DNA of 64,000 nt from Candidatus Equimonas faecalis (GTDB lineage: Bacteria; Bacteroidota; Bacteroidia; Bacteroidales; Bacteroidaceae): positions 17,961-81,960 of the forward strand of contig JAGHRT010000008.1 of NCBI GenBank assembly GCA_018066245.1, given 5' to 3'. A program made the position numbers and the translations under genes. Below the pieces are notes generated by a model. It was not told where the DNA came from, did not search any database, and saw only the letters and a list, made by a program, of their open reading frames with translations. Below are positions 1-9,937 of the stretch, one piece after another (position 1 is the first letter of the stretch; each line of letters opens with the position of its first letter).

Positions 1-938
1 CTTTCGCTGCGGGATACCACCCATTCTTCATCCATGCAATTCTCCACCTTGAAGTCGTGGATGGCATGATAGGCGGGGATATTCACAGTGTTCGATTTTA
101 AGACTGTTGTAACCTTATCGCTGATTTTGCAGGTCATATTCACATAGAAGGGCCGAGTCGTGTCCTGGGCCTCCACATAAATCAGGCCGCCGTGCTGGTC
201 GGTCTTCACCGGATTGGCGTCGATGCTGGTGGTATATTCAACCGGCTCCTGCATGGTGCTGTAGGGCACGGCCATGTAAGCAAGTGAGCCCGGACTTACG
301 TAGCCGCCGGAAATGAGTGCGGGCTGCATCAGTTCGGGCGCGTTGTAGAGTTCGCCCACACTGAACGTGCCGAGGCAGTAGTCGCGAGGCCAGCTGGCGG
401 TAATTCTCTCATCTACTAAATGGACATAGACCGTGATGGTCTTTCCGTTCAGTTCAGGCGCCATATACCATTTCACTTCGCAATAGTGCTTATTGCCCTC
501 CAGGTTGATTCCAAATTTTCTCCAGACATTTAGTGTCTTACCGCCGGAGCTGAGAGAGTCATTTTTGAAAGGGGAAGATTCCAGTCCGGTCGAAAGATTG
601 GACACCACGAAGACATTCTGCACGCTTGCTTCATTGTCCACCTTGACCCAAGTGTAGGCAGGCGACTTCTGATTTTCGCCGTGATAGTAGAACAGCGTAT
701 GTGGGGTCTTGTCGCCTTCGACAGTGTAATAGACATAGTTTTTGATTGCGTACTTGTCGCTGGCCCAGTGGTTGTGGCCGCCTTCGGCAAAGTTCAGCAG
801 CTTGAACTTAATCACTCCGTTGCCCATAGAATAGGCCATGAAGTTGTAGCTTTGCATAAACTCCGTGTTGTCGGCCCGCAGCTGCATGGGAAAGCCGACA
901 AGAAGAAGGCTAATTAAGAATAACAGTGTTTTTTTCAT
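1..938 (-). CDS. Secreted hypothetical protein, 5' portion only (runs off the window start)
   Basis: Not in the ORF track because it is truncated. Hand translation from ATG at 938 gives MKKTLLFLISLLLVGFPMQLRA-DNTEFMQSYNFMAYSMGNGVIKFK..., with a Sec signal peptide and an open frame to the window edge. Confidence 0.8.
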   Translation of the reverse strand, partial: MKKTLLFLISLLLVGFPMQLRADNTEFMQSYNFMAYSMGNGVIKFKLLNFAEGGHNHWASDKYAIKNYVYYTVEGDKTPHTLFYYHGENQKSPAYTWVKVDNEASVQNVFVVSNLSTGLESSPFKNDSLSSGGKTLNVWRKFGINLEGNKHYCEVKWYMAPELNGKTITVYVHLVDERITASWPRDYCLGTFSVGELYNAPELMQPALISGGYVSPGSLAYMAVPYSTMQEPVEYTTSIDANPVKTDQHGGLIYVEAQDTTRPFYVNMTCKISDKVTTVLKSNTVNIPAYHAIHDFKVENCMDEEWVVSRSE

Positions 939-981
939 AGTGTATAATGTATAATTTACAATGTACGAATTTCCTAATTTG

Positions 982-2562
982 CTAATTCGCTAAATTCCCG
1001 ACATACACGGGCAGGATGCCGTAGCCATTGTAGGTTTCTATGTTGGAGATGCTGAACTCCATGTCATCGTACTTCGACTTTTGCTTGATGGAAAAATACT
1101 GGGCATGGCGGCCGCTCCGGTCGAGTTCCTGTAAGTTACTGCTCCAGAGATACACCTCGGGCCACGAAGCTGTGCCTGGTGTGAAGGGGATGCGTAGCGT
1201 GGCTGTATTGTGGACAACGGAGAAGGCATCGTCTTCCAGCGTCCAGGTGTAGCCTGTTTTTTGCTCGCTTTCTGCCAACTTTTGCAGTTCAGCCTTGGTG
1301 GCCATGCGCCAGTCGGGTCCCCAGGCTGCCGCCACGGGGTCGGTCTGCGTGTAGAGGTAGTTTTCCGGATTGAATACGCTCTTTGCCTCCCGCTCACCCC
1401 AGGCGTAGAGGAGGCCGTGGGGATGCTCTGTGTCCGTGCCGAGAAGCTCGGTGGCAAACAGAATCTTCGTGCCGTCGTCGCGGTAGAGGTCGAGATCCAC
1501 ATAGTGATGCTCCTGCGGGTCGATGGGATTCATTTTGGCAGAATAACCGTGCGCCCGTCCGGCCATCTGCGTCTTTCCGGCGCATGAGGTGGAGTAGGCG
1601 CTGAGGTCGCTGCCGCCCATGGAGCGCAGGTCGAGGAAAATGTCTTGGTCCTTGAGGTCGGTAGGGGCCATCATCGTGTAGATGGTCAGTGTGCCGTCGG
1701 CGGAGGACTTCATGCCCTCTCCGTCTGTGCCGAGAGCAATGTCCAGGGCAGGCAGGTTGGAACCGGCAGCCTTGATGCACGGCTCATCGGCGCTGATGTC
1801 AAGGGTTCCCGAACTGATGAGCTTTGGGCTGCTGATGTGCAGGTTGCTGAAGCTGTGCCCCGCAGGCAGACCGCTGATGCGCAGGCGTACCACGCAGCCC
1901 GCGTGCTTCAAGTAGAAGCGTGTGTGGGTGGATTCGCCGCCGTCCAGTGCTTCGGTCGGGACAGAATACTGGTAGTCGCAGGCTCCCAAGTGATCGTAGG
2001 TTCCGTCGGCAGTTTGCCGTATGCCGGCATAGCTGATGTCAATACTCGTCTTGTCCGTCGAAGCTGCGTTGTAGGGATAGAAGGCGTAGTAGGAGGCACC
2101 CGCGTTGAGATTGAAACCGTTGGGGCGGAATTGCGCAAGCGAGGGGTCTTCGCCGTCCACCTGCACGCAGTCGAAATTCGTCAGGCCCGAGGCATCGCCG
2201 CCGGCATACACGGCCAGCTGGTCGCCCGCTTGCCATGAGAAGGCCACGGGCGATGCCGTGGGGTCCACCGTCGAGCGCACCACGGCCTCTTCTTCAGGCG
2301 TGAATGCCGTGGTACACACCTCTACGGGCGTAGGACGCGGGTCGTCGGACAATTCGTCACCGGCACAGGACGACAGAACGAGCACGAAGAGGAGAAGCAG
2401 CGTGCCCCACATGGAACTGGGGTTTTGCGCACTGGTGGGGGAGTCATCGTCAAAAGAACCAAAGTCCTCACCCTTGCCCTCAATAACGCTCTGTGCCATC
2501 ATAGGCTCGCTTTGGGTGGTAAAACATTCTGTAACAGGAGAAAGATAGTCCTTACGCTTCAT
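982..2562 (-). CDS. Fimbrillin/Mfa-like lipoprotein with a C-terminal CLec-like (DUF1566/Fib_succ_major-type) domain and a 50-aa N-terminal extension
   Basis: Lipobox VLSSC; Mfa-like motifs FSWQAGDQLAV, YYAFYPY and FYLKH; C-terminal YVDL..LFAT..YAWGE..WGPDWRMATKAE..YLWSS..GILPV pattern. Confidence 0.7.
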   Translation of the reverse strand: MKRKDYLSPVTECFTTQSEPMMAQSVIEGKGEDFGSFDDDSPTSAQNPSSMWGTLLLLFVLVLSSCAGDELSDDPRPTPVEVCTTAFTPEEEAVVRSTVDPTASPVAFSWQAGDQLAVYAGGDASGLTNFDCVQVDGEDPSLAQFRPNGFNLNAGASYYAFYPYNAASTDKTSIDISYAGIRQTADGTYDHLGACDYQYSVPTEALDGGESTHTRFYLKHAGCVVRLRISGLPAGHSFSNLHISSPKLISSGTLDISADEPCIKAAGSNLPALDIALGTDGEGMKSSADGTLTIYTMMAPTDLKDQDIFLDLRSMGGSDLSAYSTSCAGKTQMAGRAHGYSAKMNPIDPQEHHYVDLDLYRDDGTKILFATELLGTDTEHPHGLLYAWGEREAKSVFNPENYLYTQTDPVAAAWGPDWRMATKAELQKLAESEQKTGYTWTLEDDAFSVVHNTATLRIPFTPGTASWPEVYLWSSNLQELDRSGRHAQYFSIKQKSKYDDMEFSISNIETYNGYGILPVYVGNLAN

Positions 2563-2592
2563 AATTCATCAGTTTCTCAAATTAAGCTATGG

Positions 2593-2600
2593 CAAAATTA
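2593..2600 (-). promoter_or_regulatory. Bacteroidetes -7 promoter element TAATTTTG
   Basis: Matches TAnnTTTG about 30 nt upstream of the ATG at 2562. Confidence 0.6.
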
Positions 2601-2745
2601 GTTATTTTTCACCTTATTTCTACGGAATCCTTCATGTTTCTTGTAAAAAACGACAAGAAGTGCCCGTTTTGCTATCCGGGTGTTTCAAAAGAAGAGCGAC
2701 CGCAAGCGTTCCCCAATCACAATTTGTTTCCGAAGCAAATGGGAG

Positions 2746-2811
2746 AGTGAAGAATGGGATAGTGAACAGTTTTTCAGTGAACAGTGAAGAATGGGATAGT
2801 GAACGGTGAAA
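2746..2811. repeat. AGTGAA-based short repeats, including a 22-bp direct repeat
   Basis: agtgaagaatgggatagtgaac occurs at 2746-2767 and 2783-2804, with additional agtgaac units. Confidence 0.7.
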
Positions 2812-2960
2812 AGAAGTCAGCCGTAAGTAGGCAATAGGCTTCCGCCCCAACCGGATTTGTGTGGAAATGACTTTTTCTGCGTCGAGTGCGTCGATTGCAT
2901 CACCTCCCGCCTGTTGTTCTGCCGTAATGTGCAATGGCTGGATAGGCCGTCCCGCACGAT

Positions 2961-4028
2961 GCCTGCCGTAGGTAGGCAACACATACGTGCGTGCGTAAAT
3001 ACGAATATGGTGTATGCACGCCATTGTATCATCCCTACGGGATGCCGTCCGTCCGCTACGATGTCCAGCCATTACGCTCCGCTCATGGCTGGCTACCTTT
3101 GTATTATCCCTAACGGGATATGCGCTCCCTACGGTCGCAATGCGGCAATGGGTGCGTCACGGTGCGTCATCCTACTGTGTGCGCCCCTACCTACGGCGGC
3201 GCTCCCTACGCTCGCTCTGCCGCAGGCTATACAACATAGGGCTTTCAGCCCATTGCTCTGCCGCAGGGTCGCAGGTGCGACAACCGTGTACCGCCGTGGC
3301 GCGGCAATGGATTCGTCTTGGCGCGTCATCCTACTATGTGGGGGCGGCGTACCTACGGCGGCGCTCCCTACGGTCGCTCTGCCGCAGGCTATACAACGTA
3401 GGGCTTTCAGCCCATTGCTCTGCCATAACGCCCCTCCGATATCCCGTTAGGGATTATACAAGGTTCTTACTCTGGCAAGCGTCCCTACGGGCCGAGCGGC
3501 CAGCCATAAGGCCGCAGGCCGTAATGGCTGGTTACACGGTCAAACCCAGACGCATCCCGTAGGGATGATACAACGACCCGCATCAACCATATTATTTCAC
3601 ACACGCGTGTAAATGACGCCTACCTACGGCAGGCGTATGAACGCACGTCCGTAAACAGGCATTGCAGGCTACGCCCTTATGCCTGCCTACATTTGTATTA
3701 TCCCTACGGGATATACGGTCCCTGCGGTCGTGATGCGGCAATGGGTATGTCATGGCGCGTCATCCTATTGTGTGTGTGCCCCTACCTACGGCGGCGCTTC
3801 CTGCGGTCGCTCTGCCGCAGGGTCGCAGGTGCGACAACCATGTATCGCCGTAGGCGCGGCAATGGATGTGCCATGGCGCGTCATCCTACTATGTGGGGGC
3901 GGCGTACCTACGGCGGCGCTCCCTACGGTCGCTCTGCCGCAGGCTATACAACATAGGGCTTTCAGCCCATTGCTTGCCGCAGGGTCGCAGGTGCGACAAC
4001 CGTGTACCGCAGTAGGCGCGGCAATGGG
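2961..4028. repeat. REP/BIME-like palindromic repeat mosaic
   Basis: Inverted arms 2961-3121 and 3439-3634 (for example the perfect 22-bp pair 3024-3045 / 3552-3573), plus four copies of a 120-165-bp module containing gcgtcatccta..tacctacggcggcgct..cgctctgccgcagg. Confidence 0.85.
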
Positions 4029-4042
4029 GAGGACAGGAATGA

Positions 4043-4110
4043 CGATGGTTCTGCGTAAGCCGCCGATAGTGTTGCGTAGGCCGCCGATGGTTTTGCGTAA
4101 GCCGCCGATA
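4043..4110. repeat. 21-bp tandem repeat, 3 copies (dispersed GGCGGACTAA-related family)
   Basis: cgatggttctgcgtaagccgc-like units start at 4043, 4064 and 4085. Confidence 0.85.
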
Positions 4111-4245
4111 ATTATGGGACGGAATCGACGGAATCGACGCAAGAAAAGGACATTCCACACAAATCCGATAGGGCTGAAGGTTCGCCGTTGTTTTCTCAGT
4201 TCGCCGTTGTATTTTCAGAGCACGCCCTGGGTAGCCCATAACGGG

Positions 4246-4288
4246 AAAAAGCGGCCGCGACTTCACGATGGAAGCCACGGCCGCTTTT
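4246..4288 (-). terminator. Rho-independent terminator of the SusC/D operon
   Basis: Stem aaaagcggccgtggcttc / gaagtcgcggccgctttt ending in a T run, 20 nt after the SusD stop. Confidence 0.8.
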
Positions 4289-4307
4289 GCTATTACTGGA
4301 ACTGGTG

Positions 4308-6494
4308 TCAGGGAAGGGGGAGATACCAGTTGTCGGTGTTCAGGAAGAAGTTGTAGATGGAGGCATCCTTCTGGCTGGGATTGTCGTAGGGTGCTGCATC
4401 CACGCCGCGACGGGCAATTTTCCATGCCATCCACTTCGTGCCGTAGTCGGGTTCGGGACCAAACTTGTTGAGGTGGCGGGCAATGCGCATGAGGTCGTAG
4501 TAACGCTGACCCTCGAAGGCGGTTTCAAGTGCGTACTGGTCGGCAATGAGGAGTTCCATGGCCAGTATTTCCTCGGGGATGGCAGGGTCGGGCTCGGCAT
4601 ACACCCACTTGAAGTTGCTGATGTCGATTTCTTCCTCCTCTTGGGTCGTGTCGTTCTCCTCTTCGTTCAGCTCCTCCTCGTACATCTTGACAAGGCGACG
4701 GCTGGACTGAGCCAAGTTGGCGTCATCGGTACGCTCGTATTCCTCTGCGAGGCGCTGGATGATCTGATAGTTGTAGGAATAGATGCTGTCGTACTCCTCC
4801 TTGAGGGATTCGCCACAGCCGGCCTCGCGGATGCCCACATGGTGTTCCTTGCTGTAGTTTACGATGTCGTAAATCCAAGACTTCGTGCGGGCGCGTTCCA
4901 ACTCGGAGTCGGAAATGTAGTTGGGGCCTTTGTCGGACTGGGGAGACAGGGCATAGTGGGCATAGACGGTGGAGTCGGCCACTACGATGGTATCCTGAAC
5001 GGCCTGAATGAACGGATAGGTTTCGGGGTCAAGGCCGTCGCGCAGGATGGCGAAGGCATGGCCGGGGAAGCCGGCACGGTTGATGGCCTCGGCATAGCGC
5101 AGCATGATGGTGCGATAGCGATAGAGGGGCAGAAGGTAGCGGAATTCAAATCCACCCTTTACCTTGCCTTCGGAATCGACGTTGTTGCGGCTACCTCCAA
5201 ACTTGGTGATGTAGCGGATGGTGCCTACGTCCTGCGTCTCGATGAGGGGTGCGCTGTAGTCCATGCGGCCATCGTAGCAGTTGGTGGCATAGTCGATTTC
5301 GGGTTTGGCATCATCGGTGGCACCCTGTGCCTTGGTGGCTACGCAGATGACCTGTGCCTTATTCAGCTGGACGTATGCGGCGGAAGGCTCGACCTGACGC
5401 ACCTTGTAGTTGGGCTGGATGGTAACCTGTCCGGTGGTGCTGACCTGTGAATTACCTTCGGAGTCCTCGGATGAGGAGGTGGAGTTGGAGGAGTGGATGT
5501 CGAAACCGTAGATGTTGGGGATGCGCGAGAGCACAAGGCCGAAGTGGGTATTGGCTGCGCTGGGCACGCCCGTTACGATTTCATTGCCTCCGAAGCTGTA
5601 GCTTACGCGGGCTGCATTGCCTGCCCAACCATCGGCAGTTACGCTGAAGGTGGGAGGTGTGGTGCGCTTGTCCTTGCGTGTGCTGGCAATGTTGCTCACG
5701 GTGTTGCCTGTGCGGTTTTCCTTGAAGAGGAAATTATAATAGTGTTCGGCAGCTTTCTCGAAGTCGCTGACATCCTGACCACGCATCATATAGAGGTCGC
5801 CATAGATAACATCGGCATCGAAGTTGAGGAGCTTGGAATTGACACTGGCCACACCCGTGTTGAGAAGGGCTGAGGCGGAATAGTCGGGATAGCCCTGCAC
5901 GGCACAATAGCTCCAAGCCTGCTCCATGTCGTTGTGGAGAAGGGTAACGAGGTTGTCGGCGGTGGCCCAGCCTTCGGGAGGCGTGGTTTCCCAACCTGTA
6001 GTGGAGTTGCGGACGGGCTTAGTGATGAAGGGCACCTTGCCATAGTTCTGCACCAACTGCATATATGTCCAGGCACGAATCAGGAGAACCTGAGCCGTTT
6101 CCTTGCGCATATAATAGTAGTTGTTGTAGCATGAGGTGCTGTCCACCTTGTCAAGGTAGAAGTTGCACTGGTTGATAACATTGTAGTAGGCTGCCACATT
6201 GAGGAGGGCGTTGTCGCCGTCCTCGCAGGCTGCAAACTTGACGATGTCGCTGATGCTGTCGGTTACATAGTTCGTAGTGGTAACAAGGTCGCCGCGCAGC
6301 TCGCCAAGCAGAATGTTCTGCTCAGCGACTTGCTGCACATTGCGCAGGATGCCTGCATAGAAATTCACCGTGTCCTTTCCACTAAACTCTGTGGCAAAAC
6401 GTTCCAGCTCAGGAGTGAGCATGTCTTCACAAGAGGTGGTAAAGACACCCAGACCCAGCAGGCCGACGAACAGGCTGATTATTGATTTTTTCAT
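4308..6494 (-). CDS. SusD/RagB family lipoprotein
   Basis: Lipobox TTSC; motifs LGELRGDL, YYNVINQCN, RAWTYMQLVQNYGKVPF and ETAFEGQRYYDLMR; directly downstream of SusC. Confidence 0.92.
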   Translation of the reverse strand: MKKSIISLFVGLLGLGVFTTSCEDMLTPELERFATEFSGKDTVNFYAGILRNVQQVAEQNILLGELRGDLVTTTNYVTDSISDIVKFAACEDGDNALLNVAAYYNVINQCNFYLDKVDSTSCYNNYYYMRKETAQVLLIRAWTYMQLVQNYGKVPFITKPVRNSTTGWETTPPEGWATADNLVTLLHNDMEQAWSYCAVQGYPDYSASALLNTGVASVNSKLLNFDADVIYGDLYMMRGQDVSDFEKAAEHYYNFLFKENRTGNTVSNIASTRKDKRTTPPTFSVTADGWAGNAARVSYSFGGNEIVTGVPSAANTHFGLVLSRIPNIYGFDIHSSNSTSSSEDSEGNSQVSTTGQVTIQPNYKVRQVEPSAAYVQLNKAQVICVATKAQGATDDAKPEIDYATNCYDGRMDYSAPLIETQDVGTIRYITKFGGSRNNVDSEGKVKGGFEFRYLLPLYRYRTIMLRYAEAINRAGFPGHAFAILRDGLDPETYPFIQAVQDTIVVADSTVYAHYALSPQSDKGPNYISDSELERARTKSWIYDIVNYSKEHHVGIREAGCGESLKEEYDSIYSYNYQIIQRLAEEYERTDDANLAQSSRRLVKMYEEELNEEENDTTQEEEEIDISNFKWVYAEPDPAIPEEILAMELLIADQYALETAFEGQRYYDLMRIARHLNKFGPEPDYGTKWMAWKIARRGVDAAPYDNPSQKDASIYNFFLNTDNWYLPLP

Positions 6495-6500
6495 CTTATG

Positions 6501-9500
6501 TTACAGATTAATGGTTACGCCAATATTGAAATTACGACAGGTGGGGTGCATTCCGGTATCGATGCCCTGATAGAGCACGTTGTTGGAGCAGCTCACCTCG
6601 GGGTCTTGTCCCAGATACTTGCTGACGGTGAACACGTTGTTGGCTTCGCCCCATACGCTCAGGCCAAGAAGCCAGCTGAGATTGACGGGAACCTGATAGG
6701 TGAGGCGTACCTTCTTGAGCTTGAGGTAGGAACCATCCTCAACCCAACGGTCGGAGAAGCGCTCGTTGTTTACCCAGAAGTCGGAAGTGCTGGACATGGT
6801 GCGGGGAATGTCGGTGTGCTGACCTTCGGACTTCCAACGGTTGCACACAGCAGTGGTCTGATTCCAAATGTTGTTGGCACTTTCCAACTGCATACGCTGA
6901 TAGTTGAACACGTCGTTGCCCAAGCTGTACTTGAAGTTGAGGTCGAGAGTGAGGTTTTTCCAAGTGAGATTGGTCCAGATGTTGCCGTAGATGTCGGGGT
7001 TGGGATTACCGATGACAACCATGTCGGCCTCGTTGATCCAACCGTCGCCATTCTGATCGACGAACCTGATGTCGCCAGCCTGGAAATTGCGGTAAGGCTG
7101 TTCGGCCAAGCCAGTGGGATAGCGCAAATAGCCATACTTGCCAGCCTGGGAAGCTTCGGCATTGGTGGAGAACACGCCTGCGGTCTTGTAGCCATAGAAC
7201 ACGCCTGCGGAATGGCCTACAGCGGTCATGACGTTGGCACCGTAGATGTCGGTGATATAGCCGTGGATGTCGGTCTCAGTGGCACGATTGCCGTTGCTGT
7301 CGAGGCTGTAGGTCTTGATGACGTTGAGGTTGTTGTCAGCCAACTTGGTAATTTCGTTTTGATAGTGGCCCACGCTGAAACCAGCCTGCCACTTCCAGTC
7401 CTTCTTGCTGAGGAGAACGCCGTTCATATTGACTTCCACGCCGCGATTGACGAGTTCGCCATCGTTGGCCCACATGAAGGCAAGACCTGTAACGTAACTT
7501 ACGCTCTTGCGGGTAAGGAGGTTGTTGGTGCGGTTGTGGAAATAGTGTACGCCAAGGTTGAGGCGGTTGTGGAGCATACGGAGGTCGAGACCTACGTTTG
7601 AGCGGTAGGTGGTTTCCCACTGGATGCCCTTGTTCTCGATATTGGCGAGGGTGAGGCCTGTGAGCTTGTCGAAATACTTCACGTTGGCGAAGTAGGTACG
7701 GGCTGCGTAGTAGTCGATGTTGTCGTTACCACTCATTTCCCAACCTGCGGTGAGCTTCAAGTAGTCAATGCCCTTGACGTTGAACCAACTTTCGTTGCTC
7801 ATGACCCAGCCGGCCTGCAACGAGGGGAAGAAGCCCCAAGGCACTCCGCATATCTTGACACCCTGAGAAGCATCTTTACCAAAGCGGCTACTGGTCTCAG
7901 CGGTTACGATGGCCTTCAGGAAATAACGGTTCATGAAATTGTAGTCGGCATTGACGTAATAGGTGAGGTTCTTCCAAGTATCGTTGGTACCGCCATTGCT
8001 CTTATACTGCTGCGAAGATGACATGTTGGGCATCTTGTCGTTGTCGTTGTTGTAGGAGCTGATGTCGCTGGTGCTAAATGAGTAGGAAGCGAAGCGGAAG
8101 CCTCCCACAAGGTCGATGGTGTGCTTACCGAAATTGCGGTTCCACTCAATGCGCAAGTCGTTGAAAATGTTGGTTTCCTTGGAGAACTGGCTCTTCAAGA
8201 CGCTCTGTACCATGCCCAGACCTTCAACTTCCTTCTCGGGCGTACCGTTCATTGGCATGAAGAGTCGCTCGTTTACACGGAAGAGCTGATAGCTGAAGCG
8301 GTCGCTGAGGGTGAGGTAACGGTTGATGGCATACTTCGGAGCCACATTTACGAAGAACTGTGTCTGCTCTTGATAGTTCTTGTTGTCGCCATAGCCATTG
8401 CTGAGAATCCAATAAGGATTGGCCAAGCCCTCATAACCAAACTGCTGGGCAAAGAGGAATGGATTGTTGCTGACCGTGAAATCCTTGCCGCCAAGTATCT
8501 TGTCGGTCTCCTTCAAAGTGAGTTGGCCGGTCTGGTCGTCGTAAGTGGTGAACCAGGTGTACTTGCTCAGGAAGGGGTTTTGAATCAGACCGAGGACATT
8601 GGGGGAAGCGATGTTCTGCTGCTGATAGTTTTCGGCCCAGCCATTGTCGAGAACGTTGTAGGAGGAGCGGACATAACCCATGTCGAGAGCCGTCTTGAGG
8701 CTGTTGAACATGATGATGTCGGTGTTGAAGCGAATGTTCAAACGGTTGAAGTCGTTGTGGCGAATAGTCGCATCGCTCTTGGTGTAGCCCAGCGAGAGAT
8801 TATACATAGCCACATCATCGCCACCCTGTACGTTCACACGATAGTTCTGAGTGAAGGAGTTGTGGTACAGGTCTTTCTGCCAGTCGGTCTCATTATTATA
8901 CTGAGGATAATAAAAGGAGCTGGGATTCATAAAGGCGACATTGCTGTTCATGCCGCTGAGTGTCTGGGCCGCATTGGTGGTGCCAAGGTATTCAGTTACA
9001 TAGTTGCGATACTGCTTGGCATTCATCACACTGATGAGATCGGGCTTCTGCTCGAAACCGCCATAGACACGCAAGTTGATACGCGTAGCCATGGACTTGC
9101 CACGCTTGGTGGTAATGACGATTACGCCATTGGCACCTTCGCTGCCGTAGAGGGCCGTGCCATTGGACAGCACCTGAACATCCTCGATGTCCTCGGTATC
9201 AATCAGCGACAGCACATTGTTGAAGAAACCTTGGTGAAGGCTGGTGCGGTCGTACTGCATATCCCAGATTACGCCATCAACGACAACCAACGGCTGCGAG
9301 TTGATGTTGATGGAGTTGATGCCCTGAATAAACATGGCTGCGCCCTGAGAGGGGATGCCTCCACGATTGACAGTGCGTACACTGGCATTGAGGCGGTTCT
9401 CTATTTCGTTTTCAACCGTGGCTGCGGAGGTCTGGTTGAAAGCGACCACGCTACGGTGGAGAAGCTCCGTGCCATCGGCATAGCCATTGCCAAGGATAGC

Positions 9501-9929
9501 GCTGTGGAGATAGGCATCAGGAGCCACCTCGCCACCGGCTATGCCCAGCTGAAGGCCGTTGTACTCAGGGGCGGAGATGTACAATGCCGTAACAAAGGTG
9601 GGGACACTGATGGAATAGCTGCCATCGTCCTCTGTCAGCGCCGTGTAGTAGGGATTGTTCAAAGCCTGAACACGAACAGCCGCAACGGGTTCACCGGTGG
9701 AAGCGTCAAGCACCTTGCCGGTTACTGTCTTCATTTCGTAAGTAGGAACAACAGGCTTCTTGACAACCTTCTTTACGACAGGCTGTTCAGCGTCTTCTTC
9801 GCCTACTTCGTCTTGTGCCAGCGCTACAGGAGCAGCGGCCAGAGCGAAAGCAAACAAGCTGACGCGTAGCACCGTTTGCAAGATATTGAATGGATTCGTT
9901 TTCATCTGTTTCTCTGTTTTATGATACAT
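6501..9929 (-). CDS. SusC/RagA TonB-dependent transporter
   Basis: CarboxypepD-like N-domain; plug motifs PLVVVDG and LYGSEGANGVIVITTKRG; GNPNPDIYG; RWVEDGSYLKLK. The start may be at 9905. Confidence 0.95.
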   Translation of the reverse strand: MYHKTEKQMKTNPFNILQTVLRVSLFAFALAAAPVALAQDEVGEEDAEQPVVKKVVKKPVVPTYEMKTVTGKVLDASTGEPVAAVRVQALNNPYYTALTEDDGSYSISVPTFVTALYISAPEYNGLQLGIAGGEVAPDAYLHSAILGNGYADGTELLHRSVVAFNQTSAATVENEIENRLNASVRTVNRGGIPSQGAAMFIQGINSININSQPLVVVDGVIWDMQYDRTSLHQGFFNNVLSLIDTEDIEDVQVLSNGTALYGSEGANGVIVITTKRGKSMATRINLRVYGGFEQKPDLISVMNAKQYRNYVTEYLGTTNAAQTLSGMNSNVAFMNPSSFYYPQYNNETDWQKDLYHNSFTQNYRVNVQGGDDVAMYNLSLGYTKSDATIRHNDFNRLNIRFNTDIIMFNSLKTALDMGYVRSSYNVLDNGWAENYQQQNIASPNVLGLIQNPFLSKYTWFTTYDDQTGQLTLKETDKILGGKDFTVSNNPFLFAQQFGYEGLANPYWILSNGYGDNKNYQEQTQFFVNVAPKYAINRYLTLSDRFSYQLFRVNERLFMPMNGTPEKEVEGLGMVQSVLKSQFSKETNIFNDLRIEWNRNFGKHTIDLVGGFRFASYSFSTSDISSYNNDNDKMPNMSSSQQYKSNGGTNDTWKNLTYYVNADYNFMNRYFLKAIVTAETSSRFGKDASQGVKICGVPWGFFPSLQAGWVMSNESWFNVKGIDYLKLTAGWEMSGNDNIDYYAARTYFANVKYFDKLTGLTLANIENKGIQWETTYRSNVGLDLRMLHNRLNLGVHYFHNRTNNLLTRKSVSYVTGLAFMWANDGELVNRGVEVNMNGVLLSKKDWKWQAGFSVGHYQNEITKLADNNLNVIKTYSLDSNGNRATETDIHGYITDIYGANVMTAVGHSAGVFYGYKTAGVFSTNAEASQAGKYGYLRYPTGLAEQPYRNFQAGDIRFVDQNGDGWINEADMVVIGNPNPDIYGNIWTNLTWKNLTLDLNFKYSLGNDVFNYQRMQLESANNIWNQTTAVCNRWKSEGQHTDIPRTMSSTSDFWVNNERFSDRWVEDGSYLKLKKVRLTYQVPVNLSWLLGLSVWGEANNVFTVSKYLGQDPEVSCSNNVLYQGIDTGMHPTCRNFNIGVTINL

Positions 9930-9937
9930 GAGGACAT

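Noticed and set aside
982-4300. Complete diversity-generating retroelement
   Set aside because: There is no reverse transcriptase, and the neighbouring repeats do not resemble the 3' end of the pilin gene.
2632-4434. Several overlapping ORFs of 66-225 aa across the repeat mosaic
   Set aside because: They are translations of palindromic repeats with no protein-like composition, and they occur in multiple frames on both strands.
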